From an uncultured Planctomycetia bacterium (GTDB lineage: Bacteria; Omnitrophota; Gorgyraeia; Duberdicusellales; 4484-171), in contig CAZWON010000002.1 in the NCBI GenBank assembly GCA_964635565.1, forward strand, positions 14,936-78,935: DNA of 64,000 bases. Direction: 5' to 3'. Below, one piece after another: positions 12,001 to 17,707 of the stretch (position 1 is the stretch's first letter; each line of letters starts with the position of its first letter). A program made the translations under genes and the position numbers. A model generated the notes under the pieces. That model was not told the origin of the DNA and ran no database searches. It saw only the letters and a list, made by a program, of their open reading frames with translations.

Positions 12001-12505
12001 GAGGTTTTGTTTCCAGATTTATATTCTGAGAGTTTTCTAAAATATCAATAGAAAAAATAATACTGGATACTTCCGAAGAAGTATTTTGCAAGCCAGAACT
12101 ATTTAATAAATCATATAAGGCGCGCGTTCCGCAAGGTTTTTCCTTAAGCAACCTATAAATTTGTTCTATTTTTGCTTTATTTAAAGAAGAAACACCTTTA
12201 AGTTTTAAAACCCTTCCTGAAGGAAATCTTACTCCTTTTATATGGGGGTATTTCTGTAGATTCTCTAAGATGCTCTTTATGATATCCGCAACATCCAGTT
12301 TTTTAAAGTTAGAAGAAGGGATATTAAGAAGAAGGTGGGATTTAGGAGGAATGAAGAAATTGGTGCTACCAAAAGCCCAGACTACATCCTGGTATAAAAA
12401 GGCAAAAATAACAACAAAAGCAACTATCCTCATCCAGGGTTTAAAATGAGGCTTTTGTGTTTGAGTAAATACACCTGCTTGTGGACATTCTTGTGCTTTA
12501 TCCAT
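1..12505 (-). CDS. Giant protein (>4168 aa, 3' end outside window): N-terminal signal/TM, C39-like peptidase, Gly/Ala-rich hydrophobic regions
   Basis: ATG at 12505 gives MDKAQECPQAGVFTQTQKPHFKPWMRIVAFVVIFAFLYQDVVWA. The same frame is open where I translated it (around 12505-11100 and 260-2). The track lists no minus-strand ORF in 1-12500, as expected for an ORF lacking a stop. Not every codon was checked by hand. Confidence 0.88.
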   Translation of the reverse strand, partial: MDKAQECPQAGVFTQTQKPHFKPWMRIVAFVVIFAFLYQDVVWAFGSTNFFIPPKSHLLLNIPSSNFKKLDVADIIKSILENLQKYPHIKGVRFPSGRVLKLKGVSSLNKAKIEQIYRLLKEKPCGTRALYDLLNSSGLQNTSSEVSSIIFSIDILENSQNINLETKPQDLKNSLYAIIKAGEFFGYKLYSLKFKPYTPSYILEDFTPFIAHFLSGHYVVVKEIKDNKFYCISNGVFKVYSYDEFLNNFSGYIATASNKTSNFRKPLDIEETKSVLGAYSRKYDLPKFDEIFKDPSWGDIAIAAVTTIASIGIGGGVLSQDFTWTKALHSFSQGAFMGTVGNAFTTFAAQELDMGPASAQIFGYTLSSALVGAASIPSSKTWYTPSSSPSNSGWLGIGGWMNRHPVLTGAIVGGLKGAAVGGGSILAYNAIKNTGFYKKNPFAANQLASIAGGFAGYAGFSGTMGALGINLTVKAPVDEKNGKVWGRISSEDLQNSNGVEPGVVNGDSLGGYYGRDYVNLSADNFGGGFLGGIKLAWNDARTSLIYQATALAVECLLGEKFKFSRVLGEGAGALVSVKADGQSLGGADLWKAIGRGVLSGAISVGLESIGGEYDEKTGKNKWGLTRLQTSSLAYLGSTIALSSIGAIGAGTFWNSFKNNFAQLAINYTTWGRTSPIWTQGEGGWSEVQYLNKIAEFGGYADFKANADRAMKMYGYDSWRKFVKDGYLTSITPSLTNSWVRYTQDTLHYAAVENMNVLMIPVVMPVLDMIYNPLYGTDRQSISKAGLSPDVLSKLPLDLFDKEGNLKSEKLSLVDGQLGFYYNGDFYRIANIEEAATLLHPQPLKGDIVVNLPDNAYFETVKTNGGLLGLFMSHKEVGRQVKLDKSWARDPILMRERDGVNFTGQYGVEGREVNSTLHTLEIFFNPKYLEGINKGNITVPNNPDLIQQPYYLYAGIAGNKNKGGVLGAAAIRGKLELIINTPKTTYVWNQREGSFYSSTFAAATDADIYKVDSSHYGAEGIVSFLPEKLYKDTWTQMSALLSPILPQDKIERMMRGSSIDIPSDNLKGLKLVSSNSGTKEYTINASGAPTGFHISSLTIVSPVNTPKGNLLAYVNYEQYNPTTGEDFTTVSSFTEYSSLSGREVNIEPRKEKLIEENKVTIIPYYSPHPNSATIISRRIESSHGVLKLRQRGYSPWSIIEKRISQKEITKTFFEREGEDIIKFFKNMPKNKLQAQGKEIYGMFKKDVQSDPLSYLALELIDKSPYPVSLSFVNLSRSKESPSGYKKTTFLQGQSSIVGSGTNSQRFFFATYNLRSKGLNSEGTFTPQVSFLNVRWASRKNFAGGGFIREIRIFDTSNKPIEYDKLYSVENGGDIEGSIITPGGISKGAPFYKEANLIASKGVSLSISTPKGDKYINEGIIFSPSGAFSFAGRATGDISIFTDPLNQSFSKRTKPNTDSLAEVPGFKLTQQPKALNPRTLEKITNREAFLKFAQQNPDAPVLISFTGTMPIIDNTPTTEVQGLNIYYGNNPNDYYVTQNGFVFTPRGKLQSNQRYYYYGPNGTLRMNMLKSYRDIYKEVVEDVNKLNLTPVERSKKIDFEVQRRVIKASGAWVIPILNSRFFTNKEFNMATGYFNPANVRIFIADTGEMVIGAKGDTPGAQKMFERLLDKIYEVTYGENNSLSEIGKQIEEVRGEILKTEWKMKNLNSPKKSGVLKIKLKNLTEKLNNLNHKWKRVSQSLKVEGKFYGASYFSVPLEGDTKPAVVPINTAYLRPDRKGGLSLTFAGEGGLYFSDIMNVDPRLITKGVFSLVDASAGIVTGFGEKPSGKNSKSSSVPILAYRNPLFSTTNLTVDKVGSGNVFYAEGTVEFSYTNQRLTPSFGGGSIVNFPDTLTWPKDSSITVVTPGTERDRDGWSVYEVYNPHQIKGDVYIGIEGGLIGEGFISPSGEKMPPARFTAVHHNISGMVDGVIVADMNIPAAASFGINSLISNPKGRTFYLLDKDANNSLGGEFIWLSNKIEGLGGAVTSLHFKETEKGSNEYTIEGGLGAVLWNFVSLLRKGDSSLPNPPNVNTIENFRRIIFTTSAERKESYEGKGIPVYDSALVANAPGNWIKFNEDGTVKVFKALDKDGKASLDAGDIRRGTIGLKLAGYFKDMFQGTPLEDSVVQGMNNFISNRPTGYSQAITREEYNNAVRGVEIRHNDFILGRNFALSPYDIRIGTRFGVSPQGCGPNIAIVNFIVLNEKGVSEVRKFAIPNYNNSKQLVFDIKQDPRGLPYPTNFKITTSSGSRPAEHNRDYGFYNDIPKFYYSDGAQYEKLGLTIMESIVTAIKSKDNNNSNFIENVLRKISLDKLNHPTIKKLAEIIIPFVDKRTWSHKELRLLGKMFVKFSGKGVASIEIKNQYDKKVRKTTVSVRSTDGTRIFQSTYSYNPGDLIDIITKGGGSTLAYKKRVPFACFSDIPLSKGDIKNPLFVKPKKITPENRTGTGIINKVGNSKNSEEIGKLPSNVIVPVAEYRVDKPVPVSNPWSVVFNLRYYKIAQDGVLFRGVVWDKGSSLEWDGKKYRKRGKGRLPFGTLTLNKETGTKSEAGFLLYWGPGIIYNFSVDKNGNQHYSIANPGSLTPKDIISSNFYIKEAGKIYTYNYRGFQVIDRGPAKGLLALGFENPNAPQVSRALNIPKSGKGTGRATKVVKENVLGEMYNKESKAIGSLWYNFSPTNSNLLNSPIPGYKLQLGKANVRHITELVPVLSSVAYSGAGIPGVPTLISVEGGYGNIDKYNVLSGKGKDRNDMQTLNNALGGNFNNGNPLLVNVSSNGSFSGVFDGVLFKSAGGDTFVSDKTGFINYIRSSRVYEDTTVIGRYQYTDKTGLPSQLANSFSNQTVYFIGKRRGYVQQDKSGKVKLVPYADGSLALTEHYTAYVVSPKGMVPFSNGSYIDYSLSGGEKGRLWVRQTISKEAVDIAENPAEYLYLSEDGKFYKVRLDSQDLHTNKSITKFKSVFGNLETVDYGTLSQSYFMAKVSRKGEGFIGPSPINTKQEYPTGNHQGRPPESALSKDHTDAETFSLNQEMALYHNGELKMNFPLLGAPTVNLGNARLRVTGGEKLGEKLGEKLVGTETKVYHGNISVAETRPVEYSGKVVKFDHNGNLTKDSREKIKTTGPVKREFPADIAPEAALLLSNPQNKIVGVAPNGDLVIETHQTIQGISCITGKPFKREIVMDKILSKKGIKNLEVYTPVMKLDGSIEKNNLYKYEDVRDRIKNEAISVYAGLAIGSDLILAKIGDSAKWTERAQEWMNLVENAKRNALGTRFETYNERFSNKDMGFKIVDSYFKVLIAAKALSFSWNMAKGVLGKVAVLASETGSTTLLRDIIGLATKALANPAKIALGYTAVGAAYDVYEGRSIEDIAINAPVRFLQAYFLLRGGRIFTSTKALKITLGALGVDTVVAYGVDKYYPTDKNTSVCEAFAKSILFNPGREILKGFGRLIGNYGLVEREEKSARFETEKVLGAITTKAKEDGRGWGFLAFPYGVFRSYPSARLGVDLVAFSLNPADSIRGLLGAVETLRSLPPGKETFDSTRALVNAFYITGNIAGALGGYRGLAKNLGEVPGKAGEFAQRAAKIMPTVYAFNTAQALVLPVVFRGKKLASVLNSTALEMDDLRVQSVPIALLGAGLGPVGKVFSKMSPGARTLAGVGVSEGLSLGVPNMISYLRTGKPIGGKFLSEENMVLAAIGLLGGVMPAIAKGEAFGSMPQFTRSIASGAYLWGQIEAVMNTSLAAYAGDNKIGALTIDRHFMTGFLKGLVFEAAFSSLVGLSKIASSERAMRFVKENPESIKDAKEIGEKLTKRGITVKKARELIKKAAPIEEAQKALKDLSPKTPITEKDFSTLSKQLKKPVKSSADIEGMSIKELRKVNVEKLPKGSSLRKLLDELKKINRIDEIEILTVREVKTLDKKFLGKVKSKANILQQAEKTGLSSIELKNIDKIANSASARFANSKFGGIVLKAFSPASGWHYVSWPATGAVIYPAIKGIIEYSEKESALENSPFIAFLRAIKEQYYKHGRVQWQNIATGGLMGAAVIVPFSRKGEDLVVDIWNRTRLGKVIKYAYGASAGGIINAINYELTPLSQGGKSTGRNFAWALGIGAGEGIMATWYLGSVGKALKSNLLPYSLGEEVPV
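3188..3223. repeat. In-frame 12-bp tandem repeat x3 (AAGCTTCTCGCC), encoding GEKL x3 in the giant protein
   Basis: Three exact copies read directly. Confidence 0.95.
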
Positions 12506-12637
12506 TATTTTTACCACACCAGATTAACGCAGAATAAGAGAACAAATGAACACAGATGGTTATGGATTGATATAGAAAAAAGCAGAGTTCCCCCTTTCCC
12601 CCAAAAATCTATATTTTCCTTTCCAGGAATCATATTC

Positions 12638-12671
12638 AAAAAAAAGCCGAGCTACCAAATTAAGCTTCGGC
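12638..12671 (-). terminator. Intrinsic terminator, expression platform of the riboswitch
   Basis: Minus strand GCCGAAGCT-taatttggt-AGCTCGGC followed by a T-run; the 5' arm overlaps the 3' end of the aptamer. Confidence 0.85.
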
Positions 12672-12838
12672 AGCCCGGCTATCCTGCTTTGCTTTTCAGA
12701 TTAACACAGAGTTAAAACAGATTATCGCTGATAAAAATATCTGCGATTATCTGTATGTTTTATCTGTGTTCATCTGTGTTTTTTGGATCCGTGGCTTTGC
12801 GCCCCTTGTGTTGCCACAAGGTTTGCCTTTTCGTGCCT
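12664..12838 (-). promoter_or_regulatory. c-di-GMP-I (GEMM) riboswitch with a long P3 insertion
   Basis: Minus strand GGCAAACCTTGTG-GCAA-CACAAGGGGCGCAAAGCCACGGATCC...GGATAGCCGGGCTGCCGA matches the GEMM P2 (GNRA tetraloop) and P3 hallmarks. G at the position equivalent to G20. Confidence 0.9.
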
Positions 12839-12857
12839 TCCTTAAGAATACCATTAA

Positions 12858-12886
12858 AATTTAACATATTATATTATTAATTTCAA
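12858..12886 (-). promoter_or_regulatory. Putative sigma70 promoter for the riboswitch/giant gene
   Basis: TTGAAA-17 nt-TAAATT with TG extension, about 20 nt upstream of the aptamer. Confidence 0.55.
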
Positions 12887-13186
12887 GGGGTTAGGTAAAT
12901 TTTGCCTTATTTTTGAAAAAATTTTTCAGAAAGAAGGATTATTTGTAAGTCACTAAACAACAATATCTTATGTATTATATCTCTTTTTCTCATTCAGAGA
13001 GCAAAATTTTTTTCTTTTGTAAATATAATAATTATAATCTATTTTTTAAATAATATAAAAGAAGTGAAAAAAAATAATGCCTGCATCTGCAGAAATAGTC
13101 GTTTTTGTCTTTTATTTTTTATGTAATATACTGATATTGCTAATCTTAGAGAGATATTGAAATAATGAACAATAATAAATAGTGTA

Positions 13187-13258
13187 TTATTTTATTATCC
13201 TGCCAATGCCTCCCCTCATAAAATCCAACAATACTGGACCTCCTACAATAATAAGGAA
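13187..13258 (-). pseudogene. Remnant 3' end of a second tadC-like gene
   Basis: Translates FLIIVGGPVLLDFMRGGIGRIIK*, similar to the C-terminus of TadC at 17708 (IIIIGGPVLIRFKEGGLFGI*). Preceded by an in-frame stop. Confidence 0.6.
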
Positions 13259-13315
13259 TTATGGGGAGGATAAAAAATAATTATCAGAAATTATCTTAAA
13301 AGTCTCCTTTTATTT

Positions 13316-13756
13316 TTATTCTTTCCATTCCATTCTAATAAGTTTTCTTTTACCATTAGGATAATTAACTATTGTTAATAATAAAACTTTATTATTAAGA
13401 TAATCAGTAGCCACTACTGTTATACCTTTGTTAACAGAAAATATCCGCCAGTTGGTAAATTTATTCCATTTTCCTCCTCCCTGACGGAAACTAAAGGCAA
13501 AACTTTCTATAAATCTCTTTACATATTCCTCTTTTTGCTGCATAGTCCTCAGTCTGTTAACTGTTCCCCCTACATTTATTCCCACTGCTACAAAAGAAGT
13601 CCAATCAATCAATCGCCCCACAGAAAAATCTCCTTTAATTAATCCCTTTAAACAACGGCGAGCAAAATCCACATCATTTCTTATCCCCGTGCATCCACTT
13701 ATAATAAATACAAAAACAAAAAATAAAGTAAACATATTTTTGGGTTTAATCTTCAT
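13316..13756 (-). CDS. Hypothetical lipoprotein (last gene of the Tad cluster)
   Basis: 146 aa; basic N-terminus, hydrophobic stretch, lipobox ISGC; AGGAGG RBS. Confidence 0.75.
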   Translation of the reverse strand: MKIKPKNMFTLFFVFVFIISGCTGIRNDVDFARRCLKGLIKGDFSVGRLIDWTSFVAVGINVGGTVNRLRTMQQKEEYVKRFIESFAFSFRQGGGKWNKFTNWRIFSVNKGITVVATDYLNNKVLLLTIVNYPNGKRKLIRMEWKE

Positions 13757-13811
13757 CTTTCTCCTCCTAAGTTTAAAAAAGTTAAAATACCTAATAATAT
13801 TATTGCCAAGT

Positions 13812-16415
13812 TTAATGATCAGACCTACGGACAGATTTAATTCCTACTTTATCGTAACTATAATACACATAACACTCCTTAGTAATCTCACCAGCAATCC
13901 GTGGATTCCATATACCTAAAATGCCCACCTTTTTATTGGTAGAGTCGGGGTCTTTGCGAGTAACTTTAATCCAGGTTCTCTCTCCATTGTCCTTATAATC
14001 CTTCATTATAAGACAAATTTTTTTAACCAAAAAACACCCACTTTCTTTTTTTTCCAGACGAGCAAGTTTAAAAGGCCCGACTTCTACAGTTATGGAATGA
14101 TTCTCTAAAGTCCCTCCTCGTTTATCCTGCCAGGAATAAGTTATACTGCCTCCCCCGTCTTCCGCTCTCTCCGTGGTCTCTATAACATGAATTTGGTTAT
14201 AAAATTCCTCTATCTCGGAAAGGAAATCACTTATTTCTTTCTGTCTGCTCTCAAGAGAATCCAATACAGGCCTAAACTCATCATCCCATCTAATATCAAT
14301 GGTAGCAAACTCATCATCAACACTATTTAATTTTTCTTCCATCTCATCTAATACTCCTAAAAATGCCTCTTCGCCCATAGAAGGTATCTGCAAATCAGGT
14401 GTAGAAAGCTGTTCAACTCCTTGTTTATCCCCTTCATAAGTATTATCTTCGCAGATAGTATTACAATTTCCTTCGTCATCACATTCCTCATGGCAGCACC
14501 TGCAGGTATATCTATAATGAAAGTTGTAAGAAATCGTACCTCTTCCTTCTCCTAAATTTCTCCTCTCGCAAGGAGAATGAATATTGCCCTTTAAGGAAAT
14601 CTTTAAACTCTCAATTTCTACCTCGCCAACTAAAGAACAATTATCTTGTGAGCACACATCAAAGAACTCTCCTTCTCTAATACGATCTTTAAGACTCCTT
14701 ACAAATTCTCTTACTATACCTATCTCATCTGTTAACTTATTTTTATCATCAGCATAAAGCTTACACACAGGATTAGGAAGAATTACCCCTGATACTTCTC
14801 GTGAATCTTGTGTCCAATTACAGGGGTAAATAGGCTCATCAGGAGGATTATAATTATTACAGGAGGGTTCATCTTTTATACTTTCTTTAACTGAGCAAGG
14901 TGTGATTATGTATTCCAACTGACAAGGAGTAAGATTATTGCGAATATCAATGGTTTCCTCTATCCATTCACCCATTGCAGAAACAATAGACTCTAAATCA
15001 TTATAAAAATCGTTCCCCCTGCCAGGATTATATAAATAATCTACCCAGTCATAATTTTTGTCTAAATCCCCGACGTTGTGTTTTAATATTCCCTCGGCAT
15101 AATCAATAAATTCCTCCAGATGGTAACGTGCTCCATCTACATCATCATAGCCGGAAGGCACAGGACAACTCTCGCAATCTTTCTTATACCACCCTACAAG
15201 AGATGCCTTGTCAGGTCCTGGCTCCCAGAAGCTAACCTCATAATTGCAATCTTCCAATGCCCGCCACAACTCTATAGGAGGAGCATCACAAGATACACAA
15301 TCACATTCCACCTCTTTTCTATCCATCTCTGAGAGAAATTCTTCAATATTCTGTTTAAAAGGCCTGAGAGAATTATTTACAAAATTATTTATAACATCTA
15401 CTCCTGAAATTAAACTTTCTTTTAAATCTTTTATGTGCTTATCCCACCATACTAAAAATGCAGGAACTTTGTCATCTGTCTTCCCATCACAATCTATATC
15501 AGTGGTATCGGTAACCTTATTAGGATCATCCACTGTTTTTGAAAGAACCTGAAGAAATACGCCTTCTCTAATACGCTCATAGTCAGGAAGGCCATTAAGT
15601 GCTTTGACAAAATTTTCCATACCCGCTGCAAGGCTCTTATCCATCATAAGGCCAGTATAAATACTTGCCCCCACAGCAAGAGAGCCGCCAATAATAGCAC
15701 CTGTTGTAGAAGCAAAAGCAGTAACAACAGAACCCTGCAGTAAGGTTCCTCCTTCTAACACCCATCCCGATATTGCCTTCCCTGCCTCAAAAACCATTAA
15801 TCCACCTGTAGAACTACCAGCAGCACCCCCTCCTACCTCAAATGTTGCTCCTCCTGCGCCTGCTACTGATTGTGTTCCTCCCAAGAGACTTGCCCCTCCA
15901 GCAATTGCTGCTCCAATCATCGCTCCTTGAATTGCCCCCATCGCCATTCCTTTAAGAGGGTTATTAGCAGTAAAAGATCCTCCTATTGCCCCTCCTATTG
16001 CCCCTCCTATTACTGCAGCAAGACCAGGGCCACCAATAACAAACCCTATTATTGCTCCAATAATAGCAAGAACTACTCCTAAAAGCCCCCCTTTCTTGCA
16101 TTTCTTTGTTTTGTTGCCTAACGATTCATACAACATATGACTTTTAGATGCCAACTGAGAACCTAAATAAAGACCTGCTGAATCTATAGCATTAGAAATT
16201 TGTGTTAACCTGTTTGTGACATTTCCAATATTTATCACCACAAGAGTAAAAATTAATACAAAAATAATCATTAAAATAAAAAGAGTGGCTATTTGACCTC
16301 TTTTATATATACTTTTTACAGTTTCAAATATATAATTATTTTTTTTCTTCTGGGTAGAAATTTTAAGTCTGGTTAAGTTCTTTAAAGAAATTATCTTGCC
16401 TAAACCAGAAAACAT
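13812..16415 (-). CDS. Large TadG-like pilus-associated protein with glycine zipper and Cys-rich acidic region
   Basis: KRGQIATLFILMIIFVLIFTLVVINIG prepilin-like N-terminus; AIDSAGL TadG-like segment; GGAIGGAIGG zipper; DIDCDG motif; many Cys clusters. Confidence 0.75.
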   Translation of the reverse strand: MFSGLGKIISLKNLTRLKISTQKKKNNYIFETVKSIYKRGQIATLFILMIIFVLIFTLVVINIGNVTNRLTQISNAIDSAGLYLGSQLASKSHMLYESLGNKTKKCKKGGLLGVVLAIIGAIIGFVIGGPGLAAVIGGAIGGAIGGSFTANNPLKGMAMGAIQGAMIGAAIAGGASLLGGTQSVAGAGGATFEVGGGAAGSSTGGLMVFEAGKAISGWVLEGGTLLQGSVVTAFASTTGAIIGGSLAVGASIYTGLMMDKSLAAGMENFVKALNGLPDYERIREGVFLQVLSKTVDDPNKVTDTTDIDCDGKTDDKVPAFLVWWDKHIKDLKESLISGVDVINNFVNNSLRPFKQNIEEFLSEMDRKEVECDCVSCDAPPIELWRALEDCNYEVSFWEPGPDKASLVGWYKKDCESCPVPSGYDDVDGARYHLEEFIDYAEGILKHNVGDLDKNYDWVDYLYNPGRGNDFYNDLESIVSAMGEWIEETIDIRNNLTPCQLEYIITPCSVKESIKDEPSCNNYNPPDEPIYPCNWTQDSREVSGVILPNPVCKLYADDKNKLTDEIGIVREFVRSLKDRIREGEFFDVCSQDNCSLVGEVEIESLKISLKGNIHSPCERRNLGEGRGTISYNFHYRYTCRCCHEECDDEGNCNTICEDNTYEGDKQGVEQLSTPDLQIPSMGEEAFLGVLDEMEEKLNSVDDEFATIDIRWDDEFRPVLDSLESRQKEISDFLSEIEEFYNQIHVIETTERAEDGGGSITYSWQDKRGGTLENHSITVEVGPFKLARLEKKESGCFLVKKICLIMKDYKDNGERTWIKVTRKDPDSTNKKVGILGIWNPRIAGEITKECYVYYSYDKVGIKSVRRSDH

Positions 16416-16459
16416 TTTCTTCTCCTTAAATTTTACACCCCTTTATTCTTCTCATTTTA

Positions 16460-16705
16460 TTACTTAAAAACATCTAAATCAGGATACTCCGATTCATCAA
16501 CAAACACAGGCTTATCACTATGTTGGGTATCTTCTGATGCAGCATCGCGACGGGTATCATTATAATCTTTTTCTCTCTGAACCATCTGATTATTCATCCA
16601 CACAAATATATTGACTGCTCCTACCATTAGTATTACTACAACTGCTAAACTTACGGTAAGCTCTAATATAACCTGAGTTTTTTTAATAACTTGTCTGCCA
16701 CTCAT
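16460..16705 (-). CDS. Pilin-like/TadE-like small protein (81 aa)
   Basis: Start reassigned to ATG 16705 behind GGAGG; KKTQVILELTVSLAVVVILMVG class III signal. Confidence 0.75.
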   Translation of the reverse strand: MSGRQVIKKTQVILELTVSLAVVVILMVGAVNIFVWMNNQMVQREKDYNDTRRDAASEDTQHSDKPVFVDESEYPDLDVFK

Positions 16706-17702
16706 TAGAATCATTCCTCCCTTTAATGGTAGAAATGCTTTTAGAAGTATAACTACCTGATTCATCTCCATAAGGATGGTAAATAACCTCCCGGGTTGTA
16801 GTAAATGACCAATTAAAATCATCTTTTGAGATAATTTTTCCTTGCGGCTGTTGGTTAACTGTAAGGGTATCGTTTCTTTCTTTAACTTGAGCAATCTCGG
16901 GCTGGATTCCCATCGCTTTGGGCTTAATCTGCTCACCCCCTATAATACCGCCGAGATTAGCAAAAGCAAATAGCTCTTCCAGCTTATCACAATACCAGGG
17001 AGTATTTATAGATACCGCACACACTTCTTCACAGCTAAACTCGTAAGCACCTCCCTCTTCTCCGCTCCACCTGCCTTCTTCACACTGCTGGGCGCATACA
17101 TCCTTATCTGTAATCATTCTGCAAATTCTTACTGCTGAGCCGTAATCTATACTTTCTCCTGAATAGGGGTCTATTATGGTTACAACCCCTGAATCTTCAT
17201 CCCACTTAATATTTGAACCTCCATATATCTCTTTATATTTTTCTACTATCTTTTTTACTTCCTCATCCCCGCTACTACCCACATTTTCCTCTCTAATTGC
17301 AGCAAGATAAAATGTCTCTTTTCTACTATCATTTCCCTGAAACTCCATTGTTATTCTGGGTAGCTCTTCTTTGGTATCAGCAGTTTTATCTATACGATAA
17401 TTACGAACTACAATTGCACTACCGCTAAAACCTTCAGCGCTTCCCACCCCAAAAGGGTCGGAAGGGCTGGGAATATGCTTATCTCTTACAAGAAAATATG
17501 TTGCCTCGCGCATATCACGAGAGGCAGATGCCAAAGCTTTCCTAAAAGCATGCTGGCTTGTTCTCTGCTGAAAGTTATACTTGAGTCCGTAACTTACAAG
17601 AACACCTAAAATAAACAAAAAAACTCCTCCAAAAATGGCAGTTTCCACTAATGATTGTGCCTTTTTTCTGCTGGTATTATATTGCTCTATAATATTCATC
17701 AT
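16683..17702 (-). CDS. TadE-like pseudopilin with large C-terminal domain
   Basis: RKKAQSLVETAIFGGVFLFILGVLV signal; Cys-containing C-terminal half. Confidence 0.75.
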   Translation of the reverse strand: MMNIIEQYNTSRKKAQSLVETAIFGGVFLFILGVLVSYGLKYNFQQRTSQHAFRKALASASRDMREATYFLVRDKHIPSPSDPFGVGSAEGFSGSAIVVRNYRIDKTADTKEELPRITMEFQGNDSRKETFYLAAIREENVGSSGDEEVKKIVEKYKEIYGGSNIKWDEDSGVVTIIDPYSGESIDYGSAVRICRMITDKDVCAQQCEEGRWSGEEGGAYEFSCEEVCAVSINTPWYCDKLEELFAFANLGGIIGGEQIKPKAMGIQPEIAQVKERNDTLTVNQQPQGKIISKDDFNWSFTTTREVIYHPYGDESGSYTSKSISTIKGRNDSNEWQTSY

Positions 17703-17707
17703 TCATA

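Noticed and set aside
12446-12715. 89-aa plus-strand ORF
   Set aside because: Overlaps the giant gene start, terminator and riboswitch on the opposite strand.
16706-16936. N-terminal extension of ORF 16460..16936
   Set aside because: Lies inside the upstream gene; a better ATG with RBS and a prepilin signal is at 16705.
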